Shown: piece by piece, positions 29,712 to 39,463 of the stretch
Layout: each line of letters begins with the position of its first letter
How positions within the stretch are numbered: the first letter of the stretch is position 1
Origin: an uncultured Actinomycetota bacterium
GTDB lineage: Bacteria; Actinomycetota; Acidimicrobiia; Spongiisociales; UBA5794
Direction of reading: 5' to 3'
DNA: 64,000 bases
Assembly (NCBI GenBank): GCA_963785245.1
Contig: CAWAUO010000001.1
Location: forward strand, 128,549 to 192,548
Translations under genes and position numbers: made by a program
Notes under the pieces: generated by a model
Databases searched by the model: none
What the model was told of the DNA's origin: nothing
Seen by the model: the letters and a program-made list of their open reading frames with translations, nothing else

Positions 29712-30413
29712 GTGTCGAAAGTGCGCACCACCATTGTCGTCTCGCTCGCCGTCACGCTGACCCTCGGCCTGACCGCTTGTGGCGAATCCGGACCGCTTGA
29801 GGGTGTCGGCCAACGGTCGGCAGCCTGGGTCACCGCCGCGACAATTCCAACGACGACCTCCCCTCCGGTGGTCGTCGAGGTCGGCGACGAAGGTCTCGTC
29901 GGTGCGAGCGCCATCCTATGGGTGAACGACGACATTGGACCGACCGACCCGCCAGATGACCCTCAGGCGATGATCTCGACCGTCTGGAACCGGCAACTGG
30001 GCAGCCGTTTCGTGCAGGCCAGCCGCGCCGAGATCGCTTCTGCGCTCCCGACGATGAGGTTCCCCGAGGCGGTGCCGGAGGATGTGCGTTGGGTGACGAG
30101 CCAACTGGTGTTCGATCCCGCGACCGGTCTTCTCGACGACAACACATCGGCAGCCTTCGGACTCTGGGTTGTTGAACCGTACACGGCGGAGAGCGGCAGG
30201 CTTGGAGTCCTTCGCGTTGGAGGCGCACCCGATGGTGTCGGTGGAGCGAAGAGCGACATTGTCCCGATCATCGTGCCGGACGGTCTGAGCCTCGGGTGGA
30301 CCGAAGCGGGGCTCCGGTACGAGCTGTTCTGCCAGGCCTCGGTTACCGACGCGGTCTGCAACGCCATCTCGGAGCGATTCGTGCCGCTCAGCGATTTGTT
30401 GCTCTCACGATGA
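29712..30413 (+). CDS. Lipoprotein of unknown function (1 of 3 tandem)
   Basis: Signal peptide plus lipobox 'LGLTACG'. Confidence 0.6.
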   Translation: MSKVRTTIVVSLAVTLTLGLTACGESGPLEGVGQRSAAWVTAATIPTTTSPPVVVEVGDEGLVGASAILWVNDDIGPTDPPDDPQAMISTVWNRQLGSRFVQASRAEIASALPTMRFPEAVPEDVRWVTSQLVFDPATGLLDDNTSAAFGLWVVEPYTAESGRLGVLRVGGAPDGVGGAKSDIVPIIVPDGLSLGWTEAGLRYELFCQASVTDAVCNAISERFVPLSDLLLSR

Positions 30414-30964
30414 CACGTATCGCTCTCATCAGCGCCGGGTTGCTCCTCGTCGGCGCCTGCGTCGGCACCGAACCGACGATCGACGAGTATGCGCCGGTCC
30501 TCGAGGAACGGGCCGATGCCTACGCCGACGAGGTCGACACGGTCGCCGAGCAGACCGCAGCGGACCTCAACTCGTCGGTGAATCGGCTCCAGGACGATCT
30601 GCAAGGCGACGCACTCCTCGAGGCGGCTGTCGCCGAGACCGCGGCATTGTCTTCGGTGCTGTTCGCCGGCATCGGCGACGCCCTTGACCGCTATGTCCGG
30701 AACCTCGACGAGATGGCGACTCCGGCTTCTGTCGAGGACGAACACCGTTCGTACATCACGGCCCTGGAGGCCTCACGCTCGGGCATTGCCCCTCTCCTCG
30801 CGGCGCTCGGGTCGGCGACATCATTCGAGGAGATCGACCAGGCAATCGCCTCGTCCGGCTTCTCGGATGCGCAGCCACGGGTCGAAGCGGCATGCACCAC
30901 CTTGGAGCGTGCGGTCGAGTCTCGCGGGCCGAACGTCAACCTGCGATGTGTGGAGACCCGATGA
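30410..30964 (+). CDS. Lipoprotein of unknown function (2 of 3)
   Basis: 'LLLVGACVG' lipobox; ATGA overlap with the previous gene. Confidence 0.6.
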   Translation: MTRIALISAGLLLVGACVGTEPTIDEYAPVLEERADAYADEVDTVAEQTAADLNSSVNRLQDDLQGDALLEAAVAETAALSSVLFAGIGDALDRYVRNLDEMATPASVEDEHRSYITALEASRSGIAPLLAALGSATSFEEIDQAIASSGFSDAQPRVEAACTTLERAVESRGPNVNLRCVETR

Positions 30965-31521
30965 TGCGCTCCCGAACCAAGGCTGTGCGCCCTCGCCCGC
31001 TCGATGCGCTTCTCGTCGGCGCTGTCGTGTTCCTGACCGCCTGTACGTCGACGGGGGATGCGACGACCACGACGACCGAGGCGGATGGTTGCGCCGATGT
31101 CGTGGATGCGACGGTGGAGCGATCCGGCGATCTGTTCGTCGTGACGGCGACCGTGCGAAGCGCCGACACCGGATGGGATCGGTACGCCGACGAGTGGCAC
31201 GTCCGGATGCCGGACGGCGAGGTGCTCGGCACGCGGGTTCTCGCCCATCCGCACGTCAACGAGCAACCATTCACCCGGTCCCTCACCGATGTCGAGATAC
31301 CGGCGGCGGCTTCATCGGTTGAGATTGCCGGCTCGCGACTCAGTGGTCGGCTACTGCGGGATCACTGCCACCGTTCCCGTCCCCTGACCGAGGATCGGGT
31401 TGGTTCGAGGAAGTGTGTCTTTCTGCGCCGTCGGCCCGCGGCGGCGACGGCACCACCAGCACCGTACGTCCTGATTCGAGCATCACGCGTGCGGAGATGC
31501 TCTCCCATGCGTCCCGATTGA
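30961..31521 (+). CDS. Lipoprotein of unknown function (3 of 3); 3' end uncertain
   Basis: 'VVFLTACTS' lipobox; ATGA overlap upstream; reading frame stays open for 181 bp into the convergent USP gene. Confidence 0.45.
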   Translation: MMRSRTKAVRPRPLDALLVGAVVFLTACTSTGDATTTTTEADGCADVVDATVERSGDLFVVTATVRSADTGWDRYADEWHVRMPDGEVLGTRVLAHPHVNEQPFTRSLTDVEIPAAASSVEIAGSRLSGRLLRDHCHRSRPLTEDRVGSRKCVFLRRRPAAATAPPAPYVLIRASRVRRCSPMRPD

Positions 31522-31894
31522 AGATCGGTCGGGTCGCGCCCAGGACGACAACATCGGCGTCGAGATCGTCGGCCGCCCGAGCGATCCCGGTGGCTGCATC
31601 GTCTCCCTCGACGAAGCGCACGTCGGACGCGATTCGGGCAGACTCGAGTGCGATCCTGACGGGTTCCACCGTCTTGCGGCCGCGCTCGTCGAGATAGCGG
31701 GCCACGGCCTCTTCGCGCCCCTCGTCGGACGCGAGGGGACGGCCGTCGGATGCGTGGAGGTCCTCGAGAAAGGCGCGGGGAACCTCGATCACGGTGATGA
31801 GTGTGACGCGGCCGTTCTGACCCATGAGGTGGCGAGTGAACTCGACGACCGGCTCCGGGCTGAGAACGCCCGATGTCGCAATGAGCACGTGCAT
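31340..31894 (-). CDS. Universal stress protein (UspA family)
   Basis: 'HVLIATSG' N-terminus and 'VVVLGATRPIFNRDAWESISARVMLESGRTVLVV' USP ATP-binding C-terminus. Confidence 0.75.
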   Translation of the reverse strand: MHVLIATSGVLSPEPVVEFTRHLMGQNGRVTLITVIEVPRAFLEDLHASDGRPLASDEGREEAVARYLDERGRKTVEPVRIALESARIASDVRFVEGDDAATGIARAADDLDADVVVLGATRPIFNRDAWESISARVMLESGRTVLVVPSPPRADGAERHTSSNQPDPRSGDGNGGSDPAVADH

Positions 31895-31940
31895 GGAGCC
31901 ATCCTAGGGTGCAGACACGCACGACGACGCGGGAGGAACA

Positions 31941-32444
31941 ATGGATGCGGCCACACTGAACGCGGTGACCTGGTCAATACCCAACGCCCTGTGCCTGATC
32001 GGTTCCCGCGACGGCGACGAGTGGAATGGCATGACGCAATCGTGGGTCACGCAGGTGTCGATGGAACCGGTACTGATCGCAATCTCCGTTGATCACAAGG
32101 CCGTAACCAACCGGCTCATTCGGGATGGCGGCTCGTTCTCCGTGAATCTGTGGAACCGAAACGACACCCGGATCTTCCGCACGTTCTCGAAGCCAGCCGA
32201 TCGCGAAGGACAGAACCTCAACGGCCGGCCCGTTCGCGAAGGCACGACGGGGGTACCGATCTTCGAGGAGGCAGTGGCCTGGCTCGAGTGCAGCGTCACC
32301 CAGGTGATCGATGTCGGCACCCATGACCTGATCCTCGGAGAAGTTGTCGATGCTGGCTTCGCTGAAGGCGGTCGGGAGGCCGCGGTCGCGAGGATGGAGG
32401 ACACCCGGATGAAGTACGGTGGCGTCCGGCGAGGCGGACACTGA
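31941..32444 (+). CDS. Flavin reductase-like FMN-binding protein
   Basis: Split-barrel flavin reductase fold: 'MTQSWVTQVSMEPVLIAISV...GSFSVNL'. Confidence 0.8.
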   Translation: MDAATLNAVTWSIPNALCLIGSRDGDEWNGMTQSWVTQVSMEPVLIAISVDHKAVTNRLIRDGGSFSVNLWNRNDTRIFRTFSKPADREGQNLNGRPVREGTTGVPIFEEAVAWLECSVTQVIDVGTHDLILGEVVDAGFAEGGREAAVARMEDTRMKYGGVRRGGH

Positions 32445-32455
32445 ACGGAGAAAAC

Positions 32456-33223
32456 ATGGAGATCCGATTCGACGGGAAAGTAGCGCTGGTGACCGGTGCC
32501 AGTCGGGGGATCGGCGAGGCCATCGCCGCCGAGTTCCTCGCGTCGGGCGCATTGGGTGTGGCGGTCACGTCCCGACGTGCCGAGAACCTTGACGCGGTCG
32601 TCGCGAGGCTCGGAGAACCGGATCGCCTCCTTGCCTTCGTGGCGCGGGCTGACGATGACGATGCCGCCGCTGCAGCGGTCGCCGCGGTTGTCGATCGCTT
32701 CGGCTCGTGCGACATCCTCGTCAACAACGCCGGAACGAATCCTTCCGTCGGACCCCTGGTGGATGTCAATCTGGGTGCGGTCGACAAGACATGGGCGGTG
32801 AATCAGCGGGCGCCGCTGGTGTGGAGTCGAGAAGCATGGCGCCAATCAATCCGCGACACGGGAGGATCCATCATCAACGTGGCCTCGGTTGGAGGGCTTC
32901 AGCCCGGATTGGCACTCGGCGCCTACAACGTGTCGAAGGCTGCGCTCATCCACCTCACCCGCCAACTCGCATTCGAAATGGCACCCGGCGTGCGGGTGAA
33001 CGCCGTGGCACCGTCGGTTGTCCGCACGAAGCTGTCGGCGCTCCTGTGGGACGGCATTGAGGAGCACACCGCATCGCTGCATCCCCTGAAGCGGATCGGC
33101 GAGCCAGAGGACGTGGCAGCCGCTGTGGCGTTCCTGGCGTCAGACCAGGCTTCGTGGATCACCGGCGTAGCGCTCCCGATCGATGGCGGAGTTACGGGTG
33201 CGAGTCCAGTTCCAGGGATGTGA
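32456..33223 (+). CDS. SDR-family oxidoreductase (FabG-like)
   Basis: 'VALVTGASRGIGEAIA', 'NNAG', 'YNVSKAA' motifs. Confidence 0.85.
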   Translation: MEIRFDGKVALVTGASRGIGEAIAAEFLASGALGVAVTSRRAENLDAVVARLGEPDRLLAFVARADDDDAAAAAVAAVVDRFGSCDILVNNAGTNPSVGPLVDVNLGAVDKTWAVNQRAPLVWSREAWRQSIRDTGGSIINVASVGGLQPGLALGAYNVSKAALIHLTRQLAFEMAPGVRVNAVAPSVVRTKLSALLWDGIEEHTASLHPLKRIGEPEDVAAAVAFLASDQASWITGVALPIDGGVTGASPVPGM

Positions 33224-33629
33224 CGGCGGGATCGAAGCCGGGCATGCCTGCCTCGATCCATTCCTCGAATGCGAGCCTGCTGTCTACGTCCCGTCCGCGA
33301 TCGGCTGCGATCGCGAACCGGAAATTCAAGTAGTCGCAGAACCCCTGGATTGGATCTGTCTCCGGTCTCAGCTCTGCGATACGGAGGGTGAACGGCTCGA
33401 AACGGTTCATGCGCCAGTTCATGGCTGATACCGTCCTCGCGGTCGGCGAATCCGGGTCGTAGGGCTGGCCGTGCTTCGCTCGGTGATAGCGCATGTCGCT
33501 CAGGATCTGACGCGCCTGGTTGTCGGCGGCGTGGATGCCGGTGAGTTCCCTCAGCCGCTGGGTATGGAACGTTCGGCTTCCCACGCTGACCTCGATGCGG
33601 ACACGGTGCGAGTCGCCTTGGGGGGTCAC
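33192..33629 (-). CDS. DUF4032-like C-terminal domain ORF (ATGA-coupled to, or frameshifted from, the upstream kinase-like ORF)
   Basis: 145 aa; start overlaps the upstream stop in an ATGA. Confidence 0.45.
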   Translation of the reverse strand: MTPQGDSHRVRIEVSVGSRTFHTQRLRELTGIHAADNQARQILSDMRYHRAKHGQPYDPDSPTARTVSAMNWRMNRFEPFTLRIAELRPETDPIQGFCDYLNFRFAIAADRGRDVDSRLAFEEWIEAGMPGFDPAVTSLELDSHP

Positions 33630-34426
33630 ATCGACATCGGCGACCGAGAAGCCGAGAGCGTTGAGCCGCGCACCCGCTCGCGAATTCGATAGCGTTCGCC
33701 CTCGCCGATCAGGAGATCGGTGGTGAGTTCGTTCCAGAGCGCTGCGTAGCGTTCGGTGATGTCGAATCCAATCTCGAGGTCGGCGGCGTCGAGGTCGTAC
33801 CCCTGCGATACAGCGATGTCCGACATGTCTCCGGCCAGGTTCACCTGCATGATCTCGAGATCCTCTTCCCGCTGGCCGGTGCTCAACTCGTCGTAGAGGC
33901 GCGAGGTCTCCGCGTCGACCATGACCGCTTCGATCGTCGCGGCGTCATACCGATAGAGCACATTTGAGAGCGAACAGTCGCCCCAGAAGCAGCCGGCAAG
34001 ATGCAGTTCGACCAAGAGGCCGGCGAACGCGTCGAGCAACTGAACCCTTCGGCTCCCGAAGCCACCCCCGGAGACCAACTCACGGTAGGGGAAGGCGTAG
34101 TCCACGAATCGTGTGATGATCGCTGCCGAGTACTCGTCGTGCGGATTGGCCCAGGGACGGATGACCGAGCCAGCGGGGATCGCCGATCGCGCGGTCCGCT
34201 TCGCGAGCTTCTTGAGCGTCTTGAATTCGTGCTTGGCCAGCCGAACGGGAAGCTCCTTGATCGCGTAGACGCCCTCGGGGTACACGACGAAGATCACCGG
34301 GTGTCGGTGGATGCCGGTCGGCATCTCCACGACGTGCGGATCGTCCCATTCCACGATCGGGAGGTCCCACGGGAGGTCGAGAAAGTCAGGGTTGCCCGGC
34401 CGGATGTGAAGTTCGGGAACTGCCAT
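33626..34426 (-). CDS. Lipopolysaccharide (Kdo/WaaP)-kinase-like domain protein; N-terminal part of a DUF4032-type protein
   Basis: Protein-kinase-like fold, conserved 'YAIKELP' lysine region and 'FWGDCSLSNVL' catalytic-loop analogue. Confidence 0.5.
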   Translation of the reverse strand: MAVPELHIRPGNPDFLDLPWDLPIVEWDDPHVVEMPTGIHRHPVIFVVYPEGVYAIKELPVRLAKHEFKTLKKLAKRTARSAIPAGSVIRPWANPHDEYSAAIITRFVDYAFPYRELVSGGGFGSRRVQLLDAFAGLLVELHLAGCFWGDCSLSNVLYRYDAATIEAVMVDAETSRLYDELSTGQREEDLEIMQVNLAGDMSDIAVSQGYDLDAADLEIGFDITERYAALWNELTTDLLIGEGERYRIRERVRGSTLSASRSPMSM

Positions 34427-34461
34427 GTGGAGACGATAGAGCCACTAGTACCGTTCTGGGA

Positions 34462-34752
34462 ATGGAGCACGCACCCGAACGCATCACTGTCGACCCCGAC
34501 CACCTCACGATCGAGTGGAGCGATGGAGTGACCACCGCGCTGTCGGGTGGGAGACTGCGGGCTGCGTGTCCCTGCGCCGACTGCCGCGAGCGTCGCGTCG
34601 CCGCTGCCTCGCCGATTCTCCTCGGCTCCCAATCGACCATCGACGACGCCCACCTCGTCGGCGGCTACGCCATCCGATTCACCTTCGCCGACGGCCACGT
34701 CGACGGGATCTACCCGTACGGCCAATTGCGGCATTTGGGCGAGGACGAATGA
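34462..34752 (+). CDS. DUF971 (gamma-butyrobetaine-hydroxylase N-domain-like) protein
   Basis: 'LTIEWSDG...ACPCADC...GGYAIRFTFADGHVDGIYPY' matches the DUF971 pattern. Confidence 0.7.
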   Translation: MEHAPERITVDPDHLTIEWSDGVTTALSGGRLRAACPCADCRERRVAAASPILLGSQSTIDDAHLVGGYAIRFTFADGHVDGIYPYGQLRHLGEDE

Positions 34753-34839
34753 GTCGCCAGTCGCCAGTCGCCCGACCGAACGTGCCGAGCGATCTTGCTC
34801 CGTGCCGATGAGGTGAGCTGCTACTCCGCTACTCCGCTA

Positions 34840-37800
34840 CTACTCCCGAAACGTCAGACCGCGATAGCCGACGGAGAATCCTGCGGCGACCATGGCTTCG
34901 CGGTGGGGAGAGTCGGGGGCGGGGAACGTATTGATGCGTTCCACGGTCCAGTGTCTGAACCGGGGGGCGACCAGCGCCAGGCTGCGGGCAACGAGCGATG
35001 AGTCATCCGTGTAGGCGGAGACCGAACGGCCGCTGCGATCGACGAAAGCGACGAGCGCACCGTCGTCGATGACCACGTAGGCGCCACCTCGCCTGGCCGC
35101 CTTGGCCGTGGGGTGCTCGGGCCATGCGATTCCGGCTCCGTAGGCGTTGGCAGGGTCGGAGGCGGCGAGGACGATCAGTCCGCCGGGTTCTCGTGAACGG
35201 AGGCGATCGACAGCGCCCGGCAGTCCGAACTGGGAGCCTCCGAGCCCTTCAACGAAGTAACCCCGTCGAGCGGTTCCGACCGCCTCGAGGGCCGCAAGCA
35301 CGGGATAGAGGCCGGCGTACCCCCCGGGGATTCCTTCGGCCAGGACGGTGTCTCGGCCAACGATGCCGTTCCGCTCGAGCAGGGTCTCTGCCATAGCAGC
35401 GGCCGACGCCTCGGCGGTCGCCGGTGTGGTGAGCAGATCAGCCACGGAAGACCAGCGGCCGACACCCGACGGTGGGTTGGCGGAGGACAACACCGGTCTG
35501 CCCCTCCGGCGGTCAGGGACGCCACCGAGAACGAACGCCCTCACGGGTGCCAGCGTGTCGTTCGTCACTTCTCCGGCCCACACGAGATCCCACAGTGCGG
35601 TGAGCGTGCCGGCGGGGTTCCCTCCGCCGGCAGCGGCATAGAGTTCCGAGAAGAAGGAAGCGCCAGCCGCCAGACGGTCCCTGATCGCGTCGTGGAGTGG
35701 GCCCTCCGGACCGTCTGCAGTCGCATCCCAGTGGAGGACCGGGACCGAGGAGCGCGGATAGAGGGCAAGCGCCCCGTTGCGATCTCCGATCCGCCCTCTC
35801 CCGATCCACACGGCCTCGCCGGTAGCCAGCAGGTCATCTAGTCCGTGTGTCACGCCGCGGTCCGCGAAGACGTCGTCCTCGAGCGTCGAGGCGATCAGGC
35901 GGGCGCCGGCGAGTCGTTGCACCACCGTCATCGGTTCGACCGCTCTCGGAGCGTTCGGAGCTACTTCCTGCCATCGGGGGAGGAAGCGGGCGAGGTCGCG
36001 GGCGTCGACCGCTTCAACCTCGGATCGGAGCTTGGCGAGGCTTGCTCGCCGGACGCGGCGCAGTACGTTCGTGTCGATCCACTCTTCCTCTGTGCCACCG
36101 GGGAGGTAGCCCCCGGGTGCAACACGGCCTGCTGTCTCCAGGCGTGTGAGAATCTCAAGGATGACTGCCGGGGGGAGTCCGAGCACGTGCGCGGCGTCGT
36201 TGATGGTGAATGGACCGTGGGTGCGGGCGTACCGTCCCACGACATCGCCGGTGGGGTCATCGACCGATTCGAGGAGGCTCGGGGGCGTCCCCGGCGGAGG
36301 CTCGATCCCGAGGGCGTCGCGGAGGCGGGATAGATCCTCGACTGCGGCATATCGGCGATTGCTGATGTCGCCGACCTCAACGATCTGTGCCCTATCCGTC
36401 AATGCCGAGAGATGCCCATCGAGGAGTTCAGGATCGAGAACGCGCTGGCGGAGGGCGTCGGTGTCGAGGGGGCCGAGGTGGAGCAGCAAATCGTGAACAG
36501 CATCGGCTGACCGAGCAGCGCGATCCTCCGAAAGACGTTGGAGATCCCGCTCCACCTCGTCCATGGCATCGCCGTCGAGGAGATCCCGGAACTCCGGTTC
36601 GCCGAGAAGGTCGGCAAGAAGCGATCGGTCGAGTGAGAGTGCAGCGGCGCGACGCTCGGCCACTGGTGCGTCGTAGTCGTACATGAACGAGGCGATGAAG
36701 TCGAAGGTGAGTGATGACGCGAAAGGACTCGCTGCCGGCAGATCGAGTTCCACGACGCTCATCCTGCGTTGAGCGATGTCGGTCAGGACTTCCTTGAGCG
36801 CAGGCACATCGAAGTGGTCTTGCAGGATCTCCCGGTAGGTCTCAAGCACGATCGGGAACGAACCGTGTCCTTGGGCGACCTCGAGCAGATTGGCGGCCTT
36901 GCGCCGCTGGAGCCAAAGGGGTGTGCGTGATCCGGGCCGTCGACGCGGGAGGAGAAGGGCGCGAGCGGCCGCCTCGCGAAACGTTGCGGCGAACAAGGCA
37001 GAGTCGGCAACTTCCGAGAGCAGGACCGAGTCGAGGTCCTCTGCGTCGAGCAACAGGTGGCTGGTCGAGGGAGGTTCGTCTGCGTCGGGAAACCGGAACA
37101 GGATGCCGTCGTCAGCCCAGATCACGTCGAGGTCGGTGTGACGAGCTTCGCGATACCGCTGGCGTGCGGCGAGGGCCCACGGCGCGTGAACGCGGGCGCC
37201 GAACGGGCTGAGCACGGCCACTCGCCAGTCGCCGATCTCATCCCGGAACCGTTCAACAACGATCGTCCGGTCTGATGGCACGGTACCGGTCGCATCCTGT
37301 TCGTCACCGATGAAGGCGGCGAGGTTCTGGGCTGCCAGGGGATCGAGGTGATACTCGGATTGGAGGACCGCCGTCGCCGCTGCTCGGTCGAGACCGCTGA
37401 TACGGCGGGTGAATGCGCCGATGGCGCGGCCCAGTTCGAGGGGCCGTCCGACCATATCTCCATGCCAGAACGGCATCTTGCCTGCGCCGATTCCGGGCGC
37501 CGGTGTGACCACCACCCGATCCTGGGTGATCTCGTCGACCCGCCAGGTCGACGACCCGAGGACGATCCGATCGCCGACCCGACTCTCGAAGACCATCTCT
37601 TCATCGAGTTCGCCTACCCGGGCCCCGTCGGGGAGTGTGACGCGATAGAGGCCGCGGTCGGGGATCGTGCCGGGGTTGGTGACCGCAAGGATGCGGGAAT
37701 TGCTTCGGCCGGAGATAGTCTCGTCAACGCGATCCCACACGATCCGTGGTCTCAGCTCCGCGAACTCGTCTGAGGGGTATCGACCGGCGAGCATGTCGAG

Positions 37801-39195
37801 GACCGACTCGAATACGGGTCGACTGAGCTCGCGATACGGAGCCGCGCCGCGGACGAGGTCGAAGAGGTCGTCGATACCGATCGTTTCGTCCGCAGCAATG
37901 GCGACGATCTGTTGTGCGAGTACGTCCAACGGACTTTGGGGAACATGCGTCGACTCGATGGCCCCTTCATACATTCGCTCGACGACAACGGTGGCTTCGA
38001 GCAGGTCGCCCCGGTGCTTGGGGAACACCTTCGCGACACTTGTTGCGCCTACCTGATGTCCGGCTCTGCCGATCCGCTGCAGACCGCTTGCCACCGATGG
38101 CGGAGCCTCGACAAGCACCACGAGATCAACGGCTGCCATGTCGATACCGAGTTCGAGCGTCGACGTCGCAACCACACCGCGGAGGTCGCCGTCCTTGAGG
38201 CGCCGCTCGATCTCAGTCCGTTGCTCCCTGGACACCGACCCGTGGTGGCTGCGAACCACCTCTTCTCCAGCGAGCCGGTTCAGCTCCCCGGCCAGGCGTT
38301 CGGAGAGTCCCCGCGAGTTGACGAAGAAGATGGTCGACTGATGCTGCATCAAGAGTTCGTGCAGTCGCGGATATACCGCGGGCCAGATCGAGCGAGCGGG
38401 TCGTTCCTCGCCCGCAGCGGGAGGGGAGACCTCCGGCCTGGTCAAATCGGGGACGGGCACGATGATCTCGAGATCGAGACGCTTGTCCCGCGGCGCGTCG
38501 ACAATCGTCACCGGACGAGGCGACCATCTTCCGTCGCGAACCGTCCCTCCTGCGAGGAACTCGCCGATGGTCTCGAGCGGCCGCTGGGTAGCCGACAGGC
38601 CGATTCGCTGAGGCGGCTGCCGGGCGATCGCCTCAAGTCGCTCGAGCGAGAGCGACAGGTGCGAGCCTCGCTTCGTGCCGGCGAGCGAGTGGACCTCGTC
38701 GACGATCACGGTGCGCACGGCGGCAAGAGCGGACCGCATCTGGGACGTGAGCATCAGGTAGAGGCTCTCGGGCGTCGTAATCAAGATGTCGGGCGGTGTG
38801 CGCAGCATCGCACGGCGCACCGGCTGCGGTGTGTCGCCGGTGCGCATCGCGGCGGCAACGGGGGAGAGCGGTGTCCCGAGGCGTTCCGCTTCGGCCTGGA
38901 TGCCGGCGAGCGGCAAGCGGAGGTTCCTCTCGATGTCGTAGGCGAGCGCCTTCATGGGAGAGATGTAGAGGACGCGACAGCGGGCGGAGGGGTCCGGTGC
39001 CGGCTCGTTTGCGAGCTGATCGACCGACCACAGGAACGCGGCGAGCGTCTTGCCGGAACCCGTCGGGGCGTGAATGAGCGTATGTGATCCGGACTCGATC
39101 GCATCCCATCCGTGCGTCTGTGCATCGGTGGCGGTCCTGAATGAATCGGCGAACCAACGGCGGGTGGGTTCGGAGAAGCGTTCAGCCGAGAACAT
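34840..39195 (-). CDS. lhr: ATP-dependent helicase Lhr (large helicase-related protein)
   Basis: 1451 aa; 'HAPTGSGKTLAAFL' motif I, 'VDEVHSL' motif II, SF2 core followed by the long Lhr-specific C-terminal extension. Confidence 0.9.
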   Translation of the reverse strand: MFSAERFSEPTRRWFADSFRTATDAQTHGWDAIESGSHTLIHAPTGSGKTLAAFLWSVDQLANEPAPDPSARCRVLYISPMKALAYDIERNLRLPLAGIQAEAERLGTPLSPVAAAMRTGDTPQPVRRAMLRTPPDILITTPESLYLMLTSQMRSALAAVRTVIVDEVHSLAGTKRGSHLSLSLERLEAIARQPPQRIGLSATQRPLETIGEFLAGGTVRDGRWSPRPVTIVDAPRDKRLDLEIIVPVPDLTRPEVSPPAAGEERPARSIWPAVYPRLHELLMQHQSTIFFVNSRGLSERLAGELNRLAGEEVVRSHHGSVSREQRTEIERRLKDGDLRGVVATSTLELGIDMAAVDLVVLVEAPPSVASGLQRIGRAGHQVGATSVAKVFPKHRGDLLEATVVVERMYEGAIESTHVPQSPLDVLAQQIVAIAADETIGIDDLFDLVRGAAPYRELSRPVFESVLDMLAGRYPSDEFAELRPRIVWDRVDETISGRSNSRILAVTNPGTIPDRGLYRVTLPDGARVGELDEEMVFESRVGDRIVLGSSTWRVDEITQDRVVVTPAPGIGAGKMPFWHGDMVGRPLELGRAIGAFTRRISGLDRAAATAVLQSEYHLDPLAAQNLAAFIGDEQDATGTVPSDRTIVVERFRDEIGDWRVAVLSPFGARVHAPWALAARQRYREARHTDLDVIWADDGILFRFPDADEPPSTSHLLLDAEDLDSVLLSEVADSALFAATFREAAARALLLPRRRPGSRTPLWLQRRKAANLLEVAQGHGSFPIVLETYREILQDHFDVPALKEVLTDIAQRRMSVVELDLPAASPFASSLTFDFIASFMYDYDAPVAERRAAALSLDRSLLADLLGEPEFRDLLDGDAMDEVERDLQRLSEDRAARSADAVHDLLLHLGPLDTDALRQRVLDPELLDGHLSALTDRAQIVEVGDISNRRYAAVEDLSRLRDALGIEPPPGTPPSLLESVDDPTGDVVGRYARTHGPFTINDAAHVLGLPPAVILEILTRLETAGRVAPGGYLPGGTEEEWIDTNVLRRVRRASLAKLRSEVEAVDARDLARFLPRWQEVAPNAPRAVEPMTVVQRLAGARLIASTLEDDVFADRGVTHGLDDLLATGEAVWIGRGRIGDRNGALALYPRSSVPVLHWDATADGPEGPLHDAIRDRLAAGASFFSELYAAAGGGNPAGTLTALWDLVWAGEVTNDTLAPVRAFVLGGVPDRRRGRPVLSSANPPSGVGRWSSVADLLTTPATAEASAAAMAETLLERNGIVGRDTVLAEGIPGGYAGLYPVLAALEAVGTARRGYFVEGLGGSQFGLPGAVDRLRSREPGGLIVLAASDPANAYGAGIAWPEHPTAKAARRGGAYVVIDDGALVAFVDRSGRSVSAYTDDSSLVARSLALVAPRFRHWTVERINTFPAPDSPHREAMVAAGFSVGYRGLTFRE

Positions 39196-39463
39196 CCCGA
39201 CAGGCTACTCAGTGCATGCCATGCCGGATCGATCCGAAGCCTCAGGTGTTACTCCAGGCTTTGGTGAATCGCTCAACCAGTAGGGCTTGCCGGCCAACCC
39301 TCAAGGAACACTCGAGGTGATGCAGAACTACAAAATCGTCTTACACACGCCGTGGTGGGTAAGAACCCACGAGCCCTGGATCGTCGGTTTTGACGGTGAA
39401 GTCGGGTCGTGAAGGCATCGGAGCGGTGGCCACGAGGCGGAATGGAGCTCGCGGCCGCGAGGA

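Noticed and set aside
29653-29935. N-terminal extension of the lipoate-ligase-family ORF
   Set aside because: Ser/Thr/Pro-rich, no RBS. The conserved domain begins at Met 29652.
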